The position numbers and the translations under genes are program-made. DNA of 40,794 nt, taken from positions 1 to 40,794 of the IMG/VR virus record IMGVR_UViG_3300010048_000022. One strand, 5' to 3'. Below the pieces are notes generated by a model that saw only the letters and a program-made list of their open reading frames with translations, was not told the DNA's origin and did no database searches. Source of the stretch: a virus. Taxonomy: Duplodnaviria > Caudoviricetes. Numbering within the stretch: position 1 is the first letter of the stretch; every line of letters begins with the position of its first letter. Below are positions 34,709 through 40,794 of this stretch, piece by piece.

Positions 34709-36235
34709 CTACAGTCCCATCAGCAGAGCAGCACCATTCGAGGCGGGTGGCACATACGGATTTACAGATACCCACTCCTCTACAGCGATCTGCGTCACAT
34801 TCATCTGGGGCGGCGTAATCCTCGCCCATTCCTCAGCAGCAACTTGAGTAACAACCTCGTTAAGGATGCTCGTCGTGCCTCCAGGAAAACCACTATTGAA
34901 GCCTGACGGAACCGTACCAGTAAAGGCGCTGGTACCAAAATTAGCAGTGATGTTGGTGCCAGTGTTATTTTGAGAAGCTAGAGCATAAACGGAGAACGCT
35001 GAGGACATGATTGGTGCGATCGAGTAGCCGCCCACCCCAGTCGCCGGATTAGCAGTAGCGCTACCATTCCAGTTTCCCGCCGCTCCATTGCGGAACCAGA
35101 CAAGCCTTGCATCAACATCAACCGCAATACAGACCACGCCCCCCGCACTGATCGTCCCAATGCCCGTCGACATGGCTACGCCATTAACATTGATCGCTCC
35201 AGTGACATTGTTGACACCTGCGTTGACGCCTGAACCTCCCACCGTGGCAAGAGCAGCTAAGCTGTTAGAAATTCCTACAGCAGAATTATTCGAAGCAGTA
35301 TTCCAAGTATATTCCCAATAATATTTGCCAGTGCGCACTCTGTCGACGCTGCGTACGCCACCAGCTGCCGTTCCAGCAGCGGTCAGATTGCCACCACTCA
35401 GAGTAGTATTAAGAAGATCGCTTGGGTTCCAAGTCGTGAAAGTAGCCACTGGCGGGCCGGTCAGTGAGGTGATCTCAACGACCTTTGAGTCGCGCCACCA
35501 CAGCGAAAACGGGTCCATCGCCCAGTTGACCATCTGGTTCAGGGTCAGGAAGCCAACGCCGATGAATGAAGGGCCGACGTCCGAAGGAGTCGCGGCGACA
35601 GCGGCTGTCCCCAAGCCACACACCGAATAGTTGGCGGTGGTCGATACCCACGTAGTATTATTAGCAGCAGACGTAACGAAAATCTGCCCGGTCACGAGAT
35701 CGCGGACCAAAAAAGTGCAAGTATTGTTGGCCGCCGGTCGGCCAACAACCATAAACACTGGATGACCTATGGGAATGGTGATCGAGCCGATACTTACTCC
35801 GCTGCCGGTCGCTGTCGCCGTTGGGCCTATGCCCATAGAGACCTCCGGCGTCGTATTGCCAGCACTAAAATAAATGCTGGTCAATCCGCCACCAACCGAG
35901 CCAGCGCACCGGCATATTTGGGCCAAGCACCAGCTCGTCGAGGTCTCACCAGGAATCAGCGACGGAAACCCAATATTTGTATTCTGAGTAGCAATGTTGG
36001 GAACGTGGGTCGCCAGACCCATTCCTGGAATATTGGTTGGCGTCGTTACAGTCGTTCCTCCACCCAGCGTCGTGACGCTGACCTTCCCAGTCAAGAGGTC
36101 AAGAAAACCGCCACCTGGATTTGGAACGCCGACAAACCGTCCAGCCTTTCCGCCTCCCATTGCCGGATGCGAGAAGTTGAGGGCTGGAGGCCCAGCCGGA
36201 ACTACCAGCTTATTACGAAAACCTTGAATACTCAT
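34709..36235 (-). CDS. Virion protein with lectin-like and SPRY/B30.2-like domains
   Basis: [46 protein letters not shown]. Confidence 0.7.
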   Translation of the reverse strand: MSIQGFRNKLVVPAGPPALNFSHPAMGGGKAGRFVGVPNPGGGFLDLLTGKVSVTTLGGGTTVTTPTNIPGMGLATHVPNIATQNTNIGFPSLIPGETSTSWCLAQICRCAGSVGGGLTSIYFSAGNTTPEVSMGIGPTATATGSGVSIGSITIPIGHPVFMVVGRPAANNTCTFLVRDLVTGQIFVTSAANNTTWVSTTANYSVCGLGTAAVAATPSDVGPSFIGVGFLTLNQMVNWAMDPFSLWWRDSKVVEITSLTGPPVATFTTWNPSDLLNTTLSGGNLTAAGTAAGGVRSVDRVRTGKYYWEYTWNTASNNSAVGISNSLAALATVGGSGVNAGVNNVTGAINVNGVAMSTGIGTISAGGVVCIAVDVDARLVWFRNGAAGNWNGSATANPATGVGGYSIAPIMSSAFSVYALASQNNTGTNITANFGTSAFTGTVPSGFNSGFPGGTTSILNEVVTQVAAEEWARITPPQMNVTQIAVEEWVSVNPYVPPASNGAALLMGL

Positions 36236-36690
36236 GCTTGAGCATAAAGTTTGATTGACACAGCATTACCAGATGCGGCGAGCGCCGTGGCAGGCAAGAT
36301 CAGATTGGTCGCCACCAGCCTAAATCCAGTCGGCCGAATTGGAACGAGTCCGATGTCGCCGACAATCGCGGTCACGCCCGCTCTAGCCACAGTCGGAACA
36401 CCTCCGATAGGATCAAGCAGCGGCGACCAGGACGCCGTCTGGGCTCCGGCGGTCAGAGCGCCGTCGCCGTATGTCGTTCCGTCCGCCTGAAGGTAGGCAA
36501 TGAAGAAAGACAGCGACGAGCCTGCGGTTATGGTCGTCGAAGCAATCGTGCATTCCGCCGACAAATCCATAAACTGCTGCAGGCCAGTGTCGTTGGCAAA
36601 AGCAATAGAGGACATGACTGACGCGCCGCTCGCCAGGCTGTTGAGTTCTGTGCCGAAAGCGGCGGCATAGGCTGCGCTTGTCCATTTCAT
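36232..36690 (-). CDS. Virion structural protein (beta-rich)
   Basis: TELNSLASG..DGTTYGD; ATGA overlaps. Confidence 0.65.
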   Translation of the reverse strand: MKWTSAAYAAAFGTELNSLASGASVMSSIAFANDTGLQQFMDLSAECTIASTTITAGSSLSFFIAYLQADGTTYGDGALTAGAQTASWSPLLDPIGGVPTVARAGVTAIVGDIGLVPIRPTGFRLVATNLILPATALAASGNAVSIKLYAQA

Positions 36691-38189
36691 GAGAGCACCG
36701 TTGGTCCGATTTGAATATTGTTAACAGCAGTGGGTGTCCAGGCCGCCCCAGTTGCTGGATCAGTAAGATCCGTGCGCCATACCCAGGCGAAGGTGGTTGA
36801 AAGTGTACCCCCGTTGGTTGACTGCACAGTGGTCGAGCCGCTCTTGAGCTGCACCGCACCGCTACGACTCCCTGCATCGCTCCTCTGAGCGAAGCCACGC
36901 GTGGTGACGGCGACGACCGCCGCTGGCGTCACTCCGATCGAGGCGATTCCATAGAAATCAGCATCCCCAACATTACTGTCATAAACATAGCTCGTTACAC
37001 CATCTTCTTGCGAGTCAGCAACACAAGTGAAATTACTGTTTGGCGCAATAGACCAGGTCTGAGCTATTAGCGTCGCATTTGCCGCAGTAATTCCAGTGGG
37101 ACTATTAGCAGGGAACGCCGCATAGGTTGCATTTATTGTATAAGCAGAAACTCCGGCTGTTTTTACAGAAAGAACGGTCGACGCAGTAGTGTCGCCGCAA
37201 ATACCAATCCAGTATTGTGTTCCAGTTGTGACAGTCACAGGTGTGGGGAAAGTGAATGTAACTGTGCCTGCCGCAAGGCCTCCTATCGTGGTTGCCGATG
37301 CCAGCACGGTCTGTGGTCGCGTTCCATCACTGCTGAAAAGCGAACATTTGATATTGCCACTGTAAGCAGCTAAAAGCGAGATCGTCGCCGTTGTCAGCAA
37401 ACCATTATAGCCTGCGACAATTGGCGAATACCAGCCTTGACCATTCGTTATTGTGGCAGGACTAGGCCCTGTGCCATTGTTTGCTGTAATTGAGGATATA
37501 CGACTAAACTGTGCCTGGACGTCGCTTGCTGGTGCCCTAGGATAGCAGCGGATGTCGCCGACCCACGGCACGCTCGCCGGATCACTTCTCCACAGAATAT
37601 CATCAAAATTATGTCCGTTGCTGACAGCCCCGGCCGACCCCATAATGAGCTTGTTAGCATAATTGTTAGCACTATTTCTGGTGTTCAGCCCTGTAGCAAC
37701 GAAGCTATCCGAGGTCGCATTATTAGTCCGTACCCTAATCGAGCCAGTCGTATTATTAATTACCACCTCAATCTCGAAGGCAAACCACTGGTTTATGAGC
37801 GTGATCGCACTACTATAGGTCGCCAGCACTGTTCCAGTCGGGCCAGCAGACATGAGCAGGATGGAGCCATCCGTCCTAAATCCGACAGTGCACTGCGCTG
37901 TCGATACATCCAGAAGCTCGAAGTACAGGCCGACACTCCCCGACCCAGCTGCAGCCAGTGCTGTAGTCTGATTGACTGCGCAGACAATATGATGAACAGT
38001 ATCATTATTGCCTGACGACTTCGTAACGTTGGCATTGGCTGAGCAGCTCATTGATCGGCCGCCAGTGAATCGCCCCGGCTGGGTCGTAAAGTTACTTACC
38101 TCCGAGTCCCAATAGCCCGCAACCAGATCTGTAGGCGTCGCATTATTATAGGATGGATACAGATCGAAGGAGTCGCCGAAAGCATACAT
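36687..38189 (-). CDS. Virion structural / receptor-binding-like protein
   Basis: T/S/G/N-rich; FGDSFD N-terminus; DPATGAAWT..VNNIQIG C-terminus. Confidence 0.65.
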   Translation of the reverse strand: MYAFGDSFDLYPSYNNATPTDLVAGYWDSEVSNFTTQPGRFTGGRSMSCSANANVTKSSGNNDTVHHIVCAVNQTTALAAAGSGSVGLYFELLDVSTAQCTVGFRTDGSILLMSAGPTGTVLATYSSAITLINQWFAFEIEVVINNTTGSIRVRTNNATSDSFVATGLNTRNSANNYANKLIMGSAGAVSNGHNFDDILWRSDPASVPWVGDIRCYPRAPASDVQAQFSRISSITANNGTGPSPATITNGQGWYSPIVAGYNGLLTTATISLLAAYSGNIKCSLFSSDGTRPQTVLASATTIGGLAAGTVTFTFPTPVTVTTGTQYWIGICGDTTASTVLSVKTAGVSAYTINATYAAFPANSPTGITAANATLIAQTWSIAPNSNFTCVADSQEDGVTSYVYDSNVGDADFYGIASIGVTPAAVVAVTTRGFAQRSDAGSRSGAVQLKSGSTTVQSTNGGTLSTTFAWVWRTDLTDPATGAAWTPTAVNNIQIGPTVLS

Positions 38190-39127
38190 CAGTGATACCC
38201 CTGCCCAACCACATTACCAAGTACAGTCGTACCACCGTTCGCCGTCACCAGCATAATCAGATCACGACCAGAGGCCGTGATCGTAGGTACGGTCCCTCCA
38301 GCCCAGATCGTTCCAGCTGGCCACGACGTCACATTGAAGCTCCCCGCATTCGTAATGTCCAGCACCAACTTTGCAAAATTCCCAGTCGCTGGCCAATTAC
38401 TCACAGCGATGGTTGCATTCGCCGTCAGGCTAACCTGCTGATACTCCCCATTCTGCCAATTAACAGTCGTCGCTCCATTAGCTGTTACCACACTGGGAAC
38501 CGTAAGCGCTGACCTCTGATAGGTCAGCGTCCCCGTCGTAGTCGGATTATTAACTGTTACGAAATTCGCTGTAGCGGCCGTCCAGTCTGTCAGATCATTA
38601 TGAGTCAGATGGACCCAGGTCGCATTATTCCTCGCATACGTAGTACTATCGGAGGGCGCATCCGTAACCCCACCACCCCCACTCCCATTCGCAGCGGAAG
38701 TGACCCGGCCCTTCGCATCCACAGTAATGTTTGCATTCGTATAAGAGCCCGCCGCCACTCCCGAGGATGCCAGCGTGGCCGCAATGCTCGTAGCCCCACT
38801 CCCTGTCACATCTCCGCTCAGCGTAACCGTCTGGTTCCCTGTAATGAAGGAAGCAGTCGCCGCAACCCAGTCACTTATATCATTATGATTAAGAGTTACT
38901 ACGCCGGTCTTCCCGGCCACACTCGCAACGCCCACATTGATAGTCACCCATCCCCCACCCTGGCGACCATACGGACCACCAGTCAGCGGCGCTTCGGGGA
39001 CACCACCTCCTGCATAGCCCATAACATCGGCCGCCAGTAGCAGCAGGTCTTCGCCATCCGGCATCATCGGACCTGTAGTCCTATTGAAACTCGGATACCT
39101 ACTCTGAGGGATGGGTGAGTTTGCCAT
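38189..39127 (-). CDS. Fibre protein with two foldon-like repeats
   Basis: VASVAGKTGVVTL, TLSGDVTGSG, GSYTNANITVDAKGRVTSA fibre motifs; TGATG overlap. Confidence 0.8.
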   Translation of the reverse strand: MANSPIPQSRYPSFNRTTGPMMPDGEDLLLLAADVMGYAGGGVPEAPLTGGPYGRQGGGWVTINVGVASVAGKTGVVTLNHNDISDWVAATASFITGNQTVTLSGDVTGSGATSIAATLASSGVAAGSYTNANITVDAKGRVTSAANGSGGGGVTDAPSDSTTYARNNATWVHLTHNDLTDWTAATANFVTVNNPTTTGTLTYQRSALTVPSVVTANGATTVNWQNGEYQQVSLTANATIAVSNWPATGNFAKLVLDITNAGSFNVTSWPAGTIWAGGTVPTITASGRDLIMLVTANGGTTVLGNVVGQGYH

Positions 39128-39582
39128 CAGGCGAAGTCCCCGACTTGCTTCCACTTGCCGAGCGAGGACACCACAAACAGTGTCGAATGTCCCGCTGCCA
39201 GCGTAGTCGCCGCTGTGGGTGCATTAGCTGTCCCAGTTCCATGCGGGACTACCACGTCTGCCGCGCCCGTTACCGCATTAAGCTGCGTCGTGTAAATGCT
39301 ACACGAGTTGGTCGCAGCATTATTAATCACCCAGCATTGACTGCCGGAGATCGCCGCCGGGAGCTTGAGCGAGTCGGCCGCCGCACCCACCGTATTAACC
39401 TCGTTCACGCCCGTATTCAACTGCACTGCGTTCGCGATCCCGCCGCCCGACCCCGCTACAATTCCCACCTTATTGCCCAGCAGGATATTGTAGAGATTGG
39501 TGAGATCACCCCCATCCACGAGGGTCGGCCCTGGCCCTCTCGAAAATGAGGGCATATTAGAGATATGTGAAGCACCTGGCAT
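39127..39582 (-). CDS. Small virion/decoration protein, paralog A
   Basis: GAGGAGG SD; paralogous to 39634-40020. Confidence 0.7.
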   Translation of the reverse strand: MPGASHISNMPSFSRGPGPTLVDGGDLTNLYNILLGNKVGIVAGSGGGIANAVQLNTGVNEVNTVGAAADSLKLPAAISGSQCWVINNAATNSCSIYTTQLNAVTGAADVVVPHGTGTANAPTAATTLAAGHSTLFVVSSLGKWKQVGDFA

Positions 39583-39608
39583 CCTAGCCTCCTCAGCAGG
39601 AGTATTGG

Positions 39609-39629
39609 CCCACCATTGGGTGAGCCAAC
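39609..39629 (-). repeat. Dispersed 21-bp motif copy 6 (intergenic, degenerate)
   Basis: Reverse complement GTTGGCTCACCCAATGGTGGG. Confidence 0.7.
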
Positions 39630-39633
39630 CCCA

Positions 39634-40020
39634 TTACGAAAAGTCGCCGATCTGCTTCCAGACGCCTGGCTGCGTGCAGGTGAACCAAGAGCAGTGCCCT
39701 GCCGCGAGTGCGACACCCGTCGCCGCCGGAGTCAGCGCCGAGGACCCATGCAGCATGAACTGATCGGCCACGCCGCCATTCGCCGCATTCGCTGCCTGGC
39801 CCCAGATCTTGAGTCCAGTTGTGCCAGCCGCACCCGAGTTAATAACGACGAACGACCCGCCGATATTCGCCGGAGGCGCCTGGACGGCGTCGCCCGCCGT
39901 CACAACGGTAGTCACCTCATTGATCCCGAGCGTCAGCTGCGGCGAGTTAGCATACGCACCACCTGCCGCTGCCGTCACATAGTTCGTGATCGGGGTAGTT
40001 GGAAGAACCATAAAAGACAT
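39634..40020 (-). CDS. Small virion/decoration protein, paralog B
   Basis: AAGGAG SD; QLTLGINEVTTV..LAAGH..GVWKQIGDFS. Confidence 0.7.
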   Translation of the reverse strand: MSFMVLPTTPITNYVTAAAGGAYANSPQLTLGINEVTTVVTAGDAVQAPPANIGGSFVVINSGAAGTTGLKIWGQAANAANGGVADQFMLHGSSALTPAATGVALAAGHCSWFTCTQPGVWKQIGDFS

Positions 40021-40037
40021 AACGCGCTCCTCTTCTC

Positions 40038-40794
40038 TCAGTAGCTTCTATCCGAGAATATGTTGTAGATCCTCGGTCTACTAAGCTCCTGCGGCAGCTC
40101 TAGCACCGCGATCTGTGCCGCATTCGCTTTGATCGCAGCTCTTGCTCCCCGAGCTATCTCGGGTAGATGATCTCCGGGGGCCGTCCTGATCCCATAGTGC
40201 GGCCTCAGCCGTATTGCCAAATTAGTATAAAACGCATTAAAGAACAGAAACGGAATTTCAAAAATATCTGCCGTAGTCAAAAACTGGATGGGCATCTGCT
40301 GCCGCATCACAATGCCGAGCCCATAAATCCTATCCGTGGGCAGCGGCGCAATAAACAAATTCCCTAGTGGCCAGCTCGGCCTATAATAAAAAGCTCCCGG
40401 AAAACTCACCATCCCCTTCAGCGCGATCCTGCTAAAATCCTCCTCGGCCTCCATCCGCATCAGCGGATAGTCAATCGGCAGTCCCACTCCCTGACTCTGC
40501 CTCAAGAAAACCGCCTTCAGCCTCCTCGGGCTCACACTTATCGACTGCGTAGGGGTCTGCGTCGTATTGTCTGGCCCTGTCTCGAAGCCGCCCTGCGCTC
40601 CTGCTCCAGGCCCCACTGGAAAATAATACACCGGATAGCTGCTGGTTCCCATATTCGTATCAACAGGCAACAGACTAACATCAATATTCTGTATTGTAAT
40701 GGTCTGGGAAGCCCAGACCATGAACGGATCTTCGCCCCATTCCTGAAGCATCCACTGGAGCCGAGCCCACGCATCAGTCACCTCCTCTCCAGTC
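40038..40794 (-). CDS. Head-to-tail adaptor (P22 gp4-like), 5'-truncated
   Basis: DAWARLQWMLQEW..NLAIRLRPHYG; upstream of gp10-like gene; frame open to window edge. Confidence 0.7.
   Translation of the reverse strand, partial: TGEEVTDAWARLQWMLQEWGEDPFMVWASQTITIQNIDVSLLPVDTNMGTSSYPVYYFPVGPGAGAQGGFETGPDNTTQTPTQSISVSPRRLKAVFLRQSQGVGLPIDYPLMRMEAEEDFSRIALKGMVSFPGAFYYRPSWPLGNLFIAPLPTDRIYGLGIVMRQQMPIQFLTTADIFEIPFLFFNAFYTNLAIRLRPHYGIRTAPGDHLPEIARGARAAIKANAAQIAVLELPQELSRPRIYNIFSDRSY

Noticed and set aside
1-40794. tRNA/rRNA genes, integrase/att site, DGR, alternative genetic code
   Set aside because: No cloverleaf, recombinase or reverse-transcriptase motifs recognised; genes tile densely under the standard code with all three stop codons used.

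Overview
The window is most of a tailed dsDNA phage genome, podovirus-like with a P22-type tail and ejection module. The host is probably an alphaproteobacterium (inference). Terminase large subunit, portal, capsid and lysis genes are not seen and presumably lie outside the window. Layout: (i) 1-2508, minus strand: two signal-peptide proteins, a probable HTH terminase small subunit with a near-consensus sigma70 promoter, and a hypothetical gene. (ii) 2509-2968: divergent control region with an origin-like inverted repeat around a poly-T core. (iii) 2969-12354, plus strand: about 30 small early genes, including a MoxR/CbbQ AAA+ with vWA-like partner, a ParB-like protein, a SLOG protein and an XRE HTH. 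(iv) 12466-24201, plus strand: replication module with a PD-(D/E)XK nuclease, Sak4-like ATPase, SSB, ParB-methyltransferase fusion, a family A polymerase split in two genes, and a DUF3987-like helicase. (v) 24198-40794, minus strand: ejection proteins, GNAT, sulfotransferase-like protein, gp10-like hub, collagen fibres and gp4-like adaptor. Best leads: (1) The PolA is split inside its proofreading site, with ExoI/II on a UDG-like fusion and ExoIII on the polymerase 1.1 kb and three genes later. (2) A 21-bp semi-palindromic motif occurs six times across the genome, one copy inside the ParB-MTase gene. (3) Four virion proteins share an N-terminal peptide, three of them also carrying T4-foldon-like motifs. 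(4) Four unrelated proteins share a C-terminal A-x-[DS]-L-[LI] tail. All family calls are by motif recognition; no database search was run.
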